Below are positions 13,523 to 25,575 of a DNA stretch of 64,000 nucleotides, one piece after another; position 1 is the stretch's first letter; each line of letters begins with the position of its first letter. Both the position numbers and the translations under genes were made by a program. Source of the DNA: Tubiluchus corallicola (lineage: Eukaryota; Animalia; Priapulida); contig JAQGDQ010000001.1 of the NCBI GenBank assembly GCA_030141605.1, forward strand, positions 2,170,001 to 2,234,000, in the 5' to 3' direction. The notes below the pieces were generated by a model. The model did no database searches and had not been told where the DNA came from. It saw only the letters and a program-made list of their open reading frames with translations.

Positions 13523-16500
13523 TTAGCAAAATTTGCTAAGGAAATGAATGCAACACAGAAAGAAAATGAAAATATCGGTTCTCTCCATGCACGAAGAACT
13601 TGTCCGCTCGTGAGATATTCTCATGTCATTGTAACTCAAACTTAGCGGATCGTCCTTGCATAATAACAAAGGTTCTTGAAAAGAGGAGGGTCTGTAGTCT
13701 GGACGAAAGAGACCATCACTTGGTTGTTTGCCCATATACATTCTTGCTTTATTTTTGTCGTTACCTTCTATTCGAATTAAATCCAGCTGAATGTGTGGAA
13801 TATGAATACCAAAAGTTTTGCAACCATTTGTTGACGAAACATCTTGTTCGACATTAACTTTCCAAGAACCATCCTTAGCACAATCGTTTCCTTTGTGACC
13901 GTTCAGGGTTATCACTGTGTCTCCATCTTTCGGTGTGATTTTCAGCTCCTTGACATTAAGGTCGAACAGTTCTGTGCCCTCGATCAGTCTGTAGCTGTCA
14001 CGTAGCTGATAACTACCGCTGGCGTAGAAGCTAAATGTGCTAGAGGTGCAAAACGGATCCTTGTAGAAATGAAAGAAGCCATGCCATTCGCTGCCGTTCG
14101 ACGCAAAGGTCAGTAAACGTAAAAGAAACATGCCTTGTGGCTGGGCTTCACATAAATGACTCACCCATGTTCCTTCTAAATCTACCGGCAACAAAGAATT
14201 GCCTCTAATTTGAGGGGGATGCGTTATATTTGACCTCTTTATGATCTCACACACTGGACAATCATCCTGTAAAGAAAGAGCCAGTACTTTAAAAATGCAG
14301 AATAATTATTGAGAAACACTCATTAATAATTCATAAAAAACGAATATTGCTGAAATACCAGCAAATATATCCTACTGTTTGAAACCAACAGACGCTAACC
14401 TGTTCTGTAAGCATTCTGAAAGGTTGCAACTATTTAACAAGTTGAATTTAGATATACAGCTAAAAGTCACGTACAAATATTTCTCATAATTGGAAAATTG
14501 GTTTTTAAACGGTTGTGTTTTTCTGCTATTTTATAAAAGCTTGTTGAAAAAAAATACGAAACTGGTAGGTTCTGTTCTACTTCCACGCTGACCGTTGCTT
14601 ATTATTGATCATTATTATAATGGTTGTGTTGCAAGTATAAAACTGTATAGATGTGTATTATCTCTTTATAGTCATCTAAGCTCGTACCATCGGACAACAA
14701 ACACAAGTTTTATATACAAAAACTTTTAATCAAATAAATTACTATTAGACTGTTATTTTAAGCCATATTCGCGCTTTATTGATAATCTTCAGTTACATTT
14801 CAACAGGAAAGCTGGTTGGCGAGCCGTGCTTAAAAATGTATGATACTAGGACTGAATTATGAGTTTAAAACAGTTGTAAAAAAACTTTGCTCATGATCTA
14901 GCCTTCGCAGAGTTGGACTAAATACTTGGGTGGATCTCTACATTCAGACCCGATTTTTCCATTTTCCATTCATGACAGCTAAAAATGGTTTCTGAAAAAA
15001 ACATCATTAATTTTCTCTTTTCCTTATTCTTTCTGGTTTATATTTCTCACATGTACTTATGAACAGGAAAGAATGGTCTAATTTCGCAACGGCGTATTAT
15101 TTTTCCAGAACTCGTGTTATGATTAAGTTTCCCGGAAGAAATAAAATCCAAATGAAAAACTCCTGTAATTTTACGCCAACCTTTTCTCGCCTTTTTTATA
15201 TTCATGCTACTTGTTTTTAACGAGTTTTTCACGCCTACATCGAAGAGCCCCGCTAATAAAATACCACGAAGTGGATTTAATTGTTAGCGACGGGTGGTGT
15301 ACGGCGCATAGTAAAATCTGGAAAACGACCATTAAAACCACTAACAGACCACCCAAACTGATGTACAGCGTTGATATATATCACGCAATCAGCCTGGAAA
15401 AATAAGCACCTATATAAATTGTTATCATACACGGCATGCATGCTGTGTAAACCAAAAACACTGCGGGTAGAGAAATTACAGTTCTTCCCACAAATGCAAC
15501 GTGTAAAAGTCCATCCATTTCAAAGATCATTTACATTATATAAGCTGATGGAATGGGTACTGTGGTAAGCTGGAGAAATTATTGCAGAATGGCTGCGACG
15601 TTGGATGCTCTCAATTGCAAGCATGTAAACTCATATTCTTCCCATAATTCAAGAATGTTTATCTATGTGTGCGAGCTCACGTTCATAATTTTCGTTATAG
15701 CAAGACTGTTTAATTAAACAGAAAGCCAGAGCAAGGTGGTGAAGTAGACAAAAACTTCATTTTGCTCAGTGTTGCTGGTTCAACCAGTGCACGAAATACG
15801 CTTGCTTCTTAAATGAAATTTGAAGGCAAAATCCTACCGTACGTGGGAACAAACACATAAACAAATAAGTCACGAAATAAAGAACGAAGAAAGGAAAAGA
15901 AGGAAAAGAAGGAAAGAAAGAAGGAAGGAAGGAAAGAAACAAACAAACAAACAAACAAGTACAGAAACCAAAAAATGAATAAATAAATAAATAAAAATAA
16001 ACTAACTTGATATACATGTAAACAAAAAAAAATTAAATAAACAAGCAGCATGCAAACAACATCTAATTAAGCTAACTAACCATCCAAAGGCCAAGTAACT
16101 AACCAACCAATCAACCAGCCAGCTAAACCATTTAACACACTAAACAACTAATCAATTGAAAACCATCAAATAACCAATCAACCAGCTTACCTACCTACAA
16201 TGCTTCCAACCGCCAGCCAACCAAACAAGTGACAAGTTAAGTAACTAATTAAGTGACGAACTGCTAATTAATATTAGTTTCAGTGATCCGAAAATAGACG
16301 TGTTTCGTCTTACAAGTGCTTGAGTATACAGGGCACGGACTACAATACAAAAAACACACGTTAATTCACTGAAATAGAAGTTAGCACTGGCTGTCAAAAA
16401 GAAATGATACCATAAAACTATAATATTAAGTAAACTGTGGTAAATCTAGCTTATGCAAAGGTATTAGCATCAGCAAAGTTAAGTTAGTTTTTAGCTTTTT

Positions 16501-19500
16501 GTACAGGTTAGTGCTATAAACAATAACTTCAGCATTGAAAGACTGTTTGAGATCTGACACTTCAGTAGCTACTAAACAAAAAATCAATTGAAAACCATCA
16601 AACAACGAATCAACCAACTTACCTACCCACCGTGCTTCCAAAGAGTCAGCCAGCTGATCTGACACTTCACTAGTTACTACATTAGCAATTTTTTTTGAAG
16701 GACCAATAGTGATAAATAAAAGCTAAAGCTGGCATTTCACAAGTTAGCTCCAGGACTATGAAACAAGCTGTTATAACCAGGAATCAGAATATTAAGTTTA
16801 AAAATTAGTGATACTTAGGATTCGGGTGGTATTGCGTCAGAATTGAAAAAAATCGTTTTAACTGTACTTTTTAATCCATAAATGTATCTACAAAAAGTTG
16901 TTTACTCGCTTGTTTTGCTTGTTTGATTAATCACTTTCACTCTCCCCCGCAACTCACTTGCCCACTCATCCCTCCTCTCTCACACCTTTACTCAGTCGTC
17001 TAGTGGGCTAGTAATGGTACATCGGCTCACGATGATAATAATGATGTTGACAATAACTAACACACTTTCATTAAAATCAGGTATTTTTCCAAAATGCATT
17101 CACAATGTCTACTAAACTAGTAATGATCGAAGTCGCGTAAATAAAACAACAGTAATTGAGTTAGCACATGACAGTGAAGAATTTGGTCAATTTCTTTTCT
17201 ATTTTGAGCTTCAGATAACACGCACAATCGCACTTTGACATCAATAAGCAGGCCGAAAAAACATCTAAACATGTCAGTTCTTTCAAACAAGGCACTAATT
17301 GCTCTTGAAGCCTGCACGTAATGTTAAGCTCTGAAGGGAAGCAGGCAAGCGACATCCATGATGTATCTCATACAGATACAGACTTCTACTCGAATTCTTA
17401 TCAGCATTATCGTGGCATTAACCAGTGGTTACTAATAAGAAATAAGCATCTGGTCGTGCAGTAATTTTTGTAGATAATCTAACTGTTCTTTCAAATGTAG
17501 ATCTACAGATAACCACCACCAGGCTTCTGGCCTGCCATGTAAGTTTTTCATGCCACTCATTACCACTACAGATGTTACTTATGCAATGTGAACAGAAAAC
17601 TGGTTGATTTTCGATGGTTGTACTGCACCGACATCGAATAGGATTGGGTTACTTATCGTTTACGTCTGAAAAGCTTGATTTTGCTTGATTTTGCTTGAAT
17701 TACAGCCTTAGGCCATAATTTTCGCTTAGGCACAATACAAATGTTTAACATTTAATTGGTGAACGCATCTGGAAAACTCCAAACACTAAATTAATGATCG
17801 ATTTTTAGCTAAGTGGCTCGCGTGTGCTTAGTACAAATTAAGCTGCGCCAGGGATGGTTAGTAAATGATGTACTGGCCTCGGAAAAATAATTTTGGGTTG
17901 TTTCAATGTTTCATTCTTGGGAAAAAGCTACATCCATTCAGCAGCTAGCTAAAGCCATTCAACGTTATTTATTTAGTTATTTATTTTAGATTTAGGCCAA
18001 TACATAAAGTACTAGATAAAAATAAATACGTCATGCAGTTTATAAAACTATTTACACAAGATTAAAAAACCATACAAGAGGAGCACAGGAAGTTAGTGGA
18101 TGCTATTGCTAAAGTCAGCACAACGTCATCATTGACACTTACTTTAGGATATAAATTTGTCATAGCTTCTCAACAATCATAATTTGAAACAAAGGTTTCT
18201 ACTTACGTGAGAGGAAGACAATGCTCTTTGGTAAGCAGTTGGGCGGTAAGACTGTCTCAACTGCGCACTGGTGTGAACATCCCCTAGGAACAGTTTCTTC
18301 ATCTTACCATCAACCGCTTCTTCAACTCGCATCAACTGCATTTCGTGTAGAGCGAAATTTATAGCAGAAGTGCAGTCTTTGTCTAAAAAAATCACATCCA
18401 CGCTGTTGCCATAGCGTTTCGGCACGTCAAGAAATGTCAAAATTTCGTACAACTTATGCCGCCGCCATCGTGTTTTGAACAATCTGGGACAAGTTTTGTT
18501 GATGTTTCGCGACAGCAGTTCAGCTGTTTTGCTGTCGTAACCCATAATAAACACTTGTTGAAGCAAATATTCTACATCCGTCCCTCCGGGTATCGTCCAA
18601 GAAGCTTTAAGACTGAGATAACGACCGTAAGAGAGGATGACATAACTGGGTTGAGAGCAATTTGAGTCTTTGTAATAGTATTGAGTAGCGGCGAAGCTCA
18701 TATTGGCAAAGAACGAATAATCACGAACAAGAAATTCAGGTCCAGGTCTGACCTCACACCTGAAACAAAATTACTGAACAGTAATTGGCTTCATAAGTAA
18801 ACGCTGGCAGTTTGCACAGGGTAATTTTTTTATTAAAATGTTTCAGTATGTTTCCGAATGACAACAGATTAATAACCCATAATTGCAGAACAACAGAACA
18901 AAGTATATAAAACTTGTGCCTTATAGATTAGCAGATTATAAAATAGAAAAGTATCTATAAAATAGAAAAGAAATCTAACATAAGTTATTGGTTTCAATTG
19001 CAATTCATGCATTTGCATATATATATAGGCCCGTTAATGTTGTTACGTAGGCCCGGCAATTGATTTAACGTAGTGTTCGTTTTTTATAAGAGTTTTTATT
19101 CCTTAACCTTGATATGGGAAGAGTTCAGTTTCTAATAAAGCCTTCCAAATAATCTTATTTTAATCGTATTATCACTTAATAGTAGTTAAAGCAAAAGTTT
19201 TCACAAGTTTTCTTTTTTGTATTATTAAACACTACGCTTTTGTTACATACGTTTAAGCTGATATGTTGACTAATGTACCCAGTTATACATTCTTTGTGAC
19301 TCGGTTGCTGAAGGCTACATTTTTGAAAGCTTGTATTGACGAAATTCATTAGTGGATGAAGAATAACCTGTTTTAAAATTGACTACAAAACTAAAATTCT
19401 ATGGTTCTCGTCTCGTTTTAAAAGTGTTAATACTCGCAGAGTTACAAGTCACAATTGATGTATGATTTGAAAATGTCCATGTGTCGCCTTCTAATACATC

Positions 19501-22500
19501 TCGTGATCTTCGTGTCACGTGAGACTCGGCTGAGCCCATGCGTTCAACAAAAAGCAAGTATTTATAGTCTGGCTTCCTATTCTTTATAGAGAATAAAGCA
19601 GTGAGTTCAATACAAAATTCCATGTTTCGTATTTAAAACGATTCATCATTCTGAATTGTCGCTGTACTGTTTCAAAGAGCTAATATGACTTTGTCGATGA
19701 AGTCACACGTTTTACCCGAAATAGTGCAGTAATCAAATTAAAGTTTCAAACAAATAGGCCTAGTCATGCTCGTGGTGATCGGACGGACCTTTTGTATAAA
19801 TGCGCACTAAAATCCTCTTAGTTTGCCAGCGGAACATATAAACGATTATCCGCAGTTCAAGTCTTACTTAAAGACATTCATTTTAATATTTTTAACTATA
19901 TTCATTCTTAACTTCATTTTTTAACCGCTTATGTCTTTTAACTATCCTTTTTTGTAATCGACCAATATTAATTTTTATAATAACAGCAGTAATCATTTTA
20001 CGTAATATTTTTTAAATGTAATTGATGTATGATTTTATTGTATTAGGGTGTACTGCTGTGTACTTAGTTTACCTTAATTTTTAATTTGATTGTAAAGTGT
20101 TTTGAGATTTGAATTTTAAGCGCTGAAAAAATAAATTATTACTATCATTATTATCGCTTAAGTTATTGGAGGCTATAGCAATAAACTTTAACAAGAACTG
20201 AAATTCTGAAAAGCAAGGTGGGGTAGTGCAAAATAATGCATTGTGACTGTGTGTTTAAATGCGTCTTACGAAGAGGAGTTCAGGTTATAAATTTTGATAT
20301 CAGCAAGCTGTCACCTCGTTGAACAAAATTCATTTTTGTACATAGTTCTAATGTTTTATAAATTAACGCCTTTAATTTATTTTAATAATTATGGTACAAA
20401 AATAGTTCTTTGTGTAACTTCCTAAAAAACGGTCTAGTAAACCCTGTGGTTCATATAATATTATGGCTTACATTAGCGGTACATTGCTCCATTGTTCGTT
20501 TCCCTGTGTTGTTAAAGTTAGTGGCGTGAAAAAGGGTCGTAAACGGGTGGGGTACACATGTTTTGTCGAGTCTGCAGAAAACATAAGGTTGCAGTTTTAT
20601 CGTTACACGCTGCATAGTAATGCGTACTGTCAATCAGTGATTGAAATATTACTTTAATAGTTTTACTAGGCTTACTGGCTCTTACACGTTAAGCTGGATA
20701 CAGTCAGGCTTTTTATACAATGATCGTTAACTTCGGCTAACAAAATAATGTCGCAGACTTGCAGAGTACAGACCAAGTTTTAATACTTTATATTAAATTG
20801 AATTATATTATTTATTCGGCACTAACATACAATATAATAAAATGAAGCTTACATATAATTAAATTTATACGCGGTCTTGTAATCAAGCTCTGTATAATGA
20901 CAATGAGTCTTCTTAACCGCATCGTTTCTTCAAAGTTAGTGAAGTGGTTTGAGAGAATGATTATCACATGATTAAGAATGAACGCGTACTGTGGAAAACT
21001 GCATTTTCTTGTTGCTGCCGCTGCCCAATTGTTATAGGTATATGTATGAAAAGTAAGTTATATGTATGTGACATACGCTTGTATACAGAAAATTTAACAT
21101 TTTGTGTCAGTAGCTGTTATCTATAGAGCGGGCACTGTGGTTGTTGTTGCATTTTTTCATCACATTGTGATTACTTTTTATTTATTTTATGTTTATTTGA
21201 ACACGTTAAAATGCCAAATATATAATAAAAAATGCATCAAATCAATATTTCTTTATTTTATTCTGTATCTAAACCAGCGCAGCACACGAGCAATAAGCAT
21301 TACTAAAAATCATGAATAAACTAATATGCACATTTGTATACGTGCCATATTTTTCCAAAAGCAATTGTACTAAATATATTATTAGTTTCTGGTAGGGTAT
21401 ATATATTCATGTAGAGCCTGTGATAGTTTCAAATATACTAAGATCAATTCACATGCACCAAATTTTAAATTACTCTTTACTATGCTCTTGTTTTAGTTTA
21501 CATTACCTTGTAGACACCCACCGACCGGTAACGTCCGGCGGAATGTTGACAGTGGTACCAGGATGCTGTATGTTATTAACAATCTCACTACAACATCTGA
21601 GCTTTGAAACCGTCTTGTCTCTTTGGACTCGATTAGCATCTGATCTGGAGACCATCAACAGTGTGGCTTAAAGAAAACAAGAATTTCAGCACTGCAGGTT
21701 AAAATAAACATGAAAGCTTTATCGTGGAGCACATACCCATTTAGACCAAACACTTGTAGACGAGCTTAGCAAATAAAGTATAACAGGTTATTGAAAGCAA
21801 TTAGCTCATGACACAGAAGAACATAGGATGTTTTTCATTCAGCTCAAATTTATCCACTAGTTAATTGAGATACTAAACGGCAGAAGAAAGTTTTTCATAA
21901 GGTTTTAACTTCTTCGGTAACTAATCAAAATTTAGCAATAAAAACAATCAAGTTTTTCAGATTTAATTAGGAGATCATAATTTCACATTTAATGAAAATA
22001 CTTTTTATTCCAGTCTCATATTTTACAAACTTATAAGCCTTGATTGTGTTTAAAGTTATTTCTATTTTGCTGTATTTTAAATTGTTTAATTAATCTTGCG
22101 TTATTAAGTGGAAGTAATTTAAAACGGCGAAACACGCAATAAAAAGAACTTGAGAATTTGCAATTAACCAAAAATTATAATAAAATTACTAATTGCAAAA
22201 TATTGAAAAATATCAATGCTTGCTGTATCAGGCTTTGCTTTATTTAACAAAATTCACTTTTCCTGGTAGTATTTAGCATGATCTGTATTATTTTTATTGA
22301 ACACGTTTCAGACTAGCAGTTTGACTTCAGATAAAAAGTATATTATATAAACACTTAATAGTTCTAATCACTTAGCAGAAATATTTGATTTATTTTAATA
22401 ACGACGCAATACTTTAAGAATGCAAAGAAAATCGAAGTAGATGTGGAGATTTATTTTTATGGGAATTGCCAATTGATTTTCAGAATAAAAATGACAATTT

Positions 22501-22945
22501 TTTTGCATACTTTTATTTTTTTGAGTTTTTTTTATTAACTAATTATTCGTAATTAACATGTAATTATTTAAAAAAAATGTATCTATAGACACTGGGTTTG
22601 TCGCTATTTCATCATTATTTGATTATGAAAGATGGAAAATGTAGGCACAATCTTGTCACTGTAGTGCTGAAGCACAATAATTTAATTTGCCTTAAAATTA
22701 CTGGGTTTTTAACGCCAAGGCTGTATTATAAACGCATTTCTTTGTATGCAAAATTTTACTTTGTTTCGTTGTTTATTATTATATTTTATTTATTTTAATT
22801 GCGTTAAAAGAAATATACACGCTACTTTTGTTGTTTCTAATGAAAAATAAAACGGTGAAATGAAATCAATGAAAAACGGTGAAAACCAAAATAAAAGATT
22901 ACCTAAGATTATTACACGAACAAGGCACAACTCACTGTTCTCCAT
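13523..22945 (-). CDS. APCDD1: APCDD1-like protein (membrane-anchored Wnt inhibitor family), 4 coding exons, 499 aa
   Basis: Exons 22945-22903, 21666-21507, 18759-18207, 14266-13523 (1500 nt, phases consistent). N-terminal hydrophobic signal (MENSELCLVRVIILATLLMVSRSDA), two APCDD-type repeats ([23 protein letters not shown]...LFLGD...RPTAYQ; GTWVSHLCEAQPQGMFLLR...RPSSFQEPL) and a hydrophobic C-terminus. Confidence 0.88.
15850..16230. repeat. Compound tetranucleotide/low-complexity tract (GAAG, AAAC, AAAT, AACC)
   Basis: Visible arrays gaaggaaaagaagg, aaacaaacaaac, aaataaataaat, aaccaaccaatc. Confidence 0.8.
19290..19620 (-). mobile_element. Degenerate CR1-like LINE 3' end
   Basis: Minus-strand translation ...VTR...IVTCNSASINTFKTR resembles the C-terminal TRGH...V..A.S.N.FK.RLD motif of CR1 ORF2. 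Confidence 0.4.
19770..20155 (+). mobile_element. Degenerate L2-like LINE 3' end
   Basis: Frame-broken GDR..FCINA...SLPAE...QFKSYLKTF, followed by an AT-rich UTR and the typical tail TGTAAAGTGTTTTGAGA...AAGCGCT...AATAAATTATTACTATCATTATTAT. Confidence 0.55.
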
Positions 22946-24524
22946 CCCGACAGCTCATTTGTAGTCAACCTTGCTTGAATTCGGCTCACATTTAATGCTT
23001 GCAGTAAAACTGTTCTAGCACAAATTTAATAACTCCGAATCCGCGCCCAATACCATACTACAATTCATCACACGGTCTTTACGTTTTATAATAGCCAAAA
23101 ACTTTTTCTCTGCCCAACTAGCCTTGCGGTGCATTTCTATAGTCAGTATCCGGTGCGAGGCTTATTTCTATAAATTCTAAGCTGAGGAAAATTTGGGGGT
23201 AGAAAACTGCTGAAGAACCTCGGCGAGTATGAGCGGTAGGTGCAAGTGGCTTTATCCTTTTCAAGCTAGTGTTCCTGCATAAAAGCTGTTACCCGCAGGA
23301 GGTTCAGCTATGTAGAAAGCCACCGGAGAATGGCTGGAGGACAGCGTGCTGTGAGTTTGGAACTGTGTAAGAAAAAGCTAATGCAAGTTAACAACCAAAA
23401 ATTGCATTAACTATATCAGAGAAGTCGCTTTATTATTGAACTCGGAACTTGCAAAAACCACGAAAAGTATTAAATTGGCGCCACTAATTGAAATAAAAAC
23501 TTCGCCGAATCTCGATTCACATATTGACTATGGTAATTATTCACATCCTTTACTTGGTTCACAGAACTCCTGTTGCTTTGATCAGCCCTAGCTTGTGCTA
23601 TTGGGCGCTAGTTTTCTTTGAAGCGAACACGTATAATGATTGAAAGTGCTGACTCTGGTGAATCTGAACCACGCAGACAAGGCTGATCATGATTTGTACA
23701 AGACGTTTAGTCACAACAGACTTCGAAAAACACCGAGTGCCGCCACTGCGAAGAACTTGTGAAGGAAAATAGGCCTAATTAAAACTTTTATGTCTCAATT
23801 TAAAATCTAAAGACACTGCTGCTTGTGGCGCTACGATCGTGTAAGTGAAGAACGTGGTTTAGATTGTGTTATTTGCCTATTATATTCCACATGGCAGGAA
23901 AAGATGAGGACGTTTAATTCATTAAACAGGGGAGAAGCGGCTAGGAAAAATATACTGAAGAAACACCATTTCCGCAAAGCCGAATCGTATTAGGAAAAAA
24001 TATGAAGAATATTATAATAATTAATCAGCAAAACGTTTATTAACGGAACACCACAACGCCTATAGATTATGTGGATTATTAAGGCTCCTGCAAACCTACA
24101 GTAATTAACTTAGAACTACACGTACAACAGAAATACAATTCGCATTATTATAAGGTAATTCCGCACAGGTAAAAAGCTATGCACTGTGTGGCATATAGAA
24201 TAACTAATTAAGCTGTAAGGGAACGAAACTACTGTCTGACAAGAGGTGGTTCATAATTACAGGTTACACTCAAAGGTTAACTTTCCAGTTTATTCAGATT
24301 TTCACCCCAAACAATATGCACCTACATGACTGTTATTAAATCAATTTCTTTCTTTAATATACAGATACTAATTATTTTTTTCATTGCAATGAAGACAAAG
24401 CAATTTAGAGTATTGCCTGTTCTTCACTATCGAAAAAATATCCGGATAACTATATTACGTATATAACGATTTATATAAAATCGTTCTTATGTAAAATGTA
24501 TGATGGTACAAATCACTTAGGTTT

Positions 24525-24690
24525 GTTGTATATTGCGCTGTATTACATTGCATTGTATTGTATTGCATCGTATTGTATTGTATTGCATCGTATTGTATTG
24601 TATCGTATCGCATCGCATCGCATTGTATTCTATTGTATTTTTTATTTTATTGTATTGTATTGTATTTTTTATTTTATTGTATTGTATTGT
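24525..24690. repeat. (TATTG/CATCG)n pentanucleotide microsatellite
   Basis: Direct reading of the tattgtattgcatcg arrays. It explains the spurious Cys/Tyr-rich ORFs. Confidence 0.9.
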
Positions 24691-25510
24691 CTGTCACTTG
24701 TCTTCATCATCAACAAACTTAAATTATTTAAAGACACTCCAGATGACAACAGTCATGATGAGAACACTCATGACAACAGCGCTAGCTATTTTCCCCAAAC
24801 ACACTAGATAGCAGCCATTTTAAACCTGTTTAAAACAAAATTAATATGTATGGATTTTATCTGTGATAAGCTAGAATTAATCAGTTTAACCGCGCTGGTT
24901 GACTGTGTGCTGTAAGGGTGAAGACAGACTTCTCAACAATGCGGACTCTGTAATCGCAAGGTTTTTATTTCAAGACCCAACAGCTGAAACTTTTCAGAAC
25001 ATTCATTATTTAACTCGTTAGACGTTTGTTAATTATTGTTTAACATAAACCGTTCGTTTACAGATTCTGACTATCACAGTTAAAATATGTAAAAATATGT
25101 GAAATTACGTATAAATATGTAATGCAGCAAATGATGTGAGATGTAGGAAATTTTTTGTCATATCTATGTAATTTTACAGTAGTAATTAACTTTCCGTTCT
25201 TTTACCTACACTTTTAATTTATTTGCTTATATATACGCATATTAATATTGTACTAACAACGGATTTTGTAATTTCAGTTGTAATTTTATATTCTATGCAT
25301 TGTTACTTATTTTATGCTGTTTGCGATGAAGATATGCAAGTCTATTGGCTTCTGATCGCAGATGTATCATAAATAAACTAGTCATCAGGCTTAGTTAAGG
25401 CCACCTATTTAGCTAATAAATTATTTGGTTTTACTCCTCAATGAAATGGGCATAGATAGTGCTGATTAATTTTATACTAAAAGGATGAGACACATGTGGT
25501 TCTACCATGT

Positions 25511-25575
25511 GGTTCCATAACTCAGTGGTGAAGTAAGCAAGTTCTAATCCAAAGGTATCACGTTCAAACCTCAAC
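25511..25575 (+). repeat. Degenerate tRNA-derived (SINE-like) fragment
   Basis: A-box-like TAACTCAGTGGT and B-box-like GTTCAAAC at tRNA spacing, but no intact cloverleaf. Confidence 0.35.

Noticed and set aside
24496-24811. Cys/Tyr/Ile-rich ORFs
   Set aside because: Translation of the (TATTG)n microsatellite.
25511-25575. tRNA gene
   Set aside because: A/B-box-like motifs are present but the acceptor and T stems do not pair, so it is treated as a degenerate repeat.
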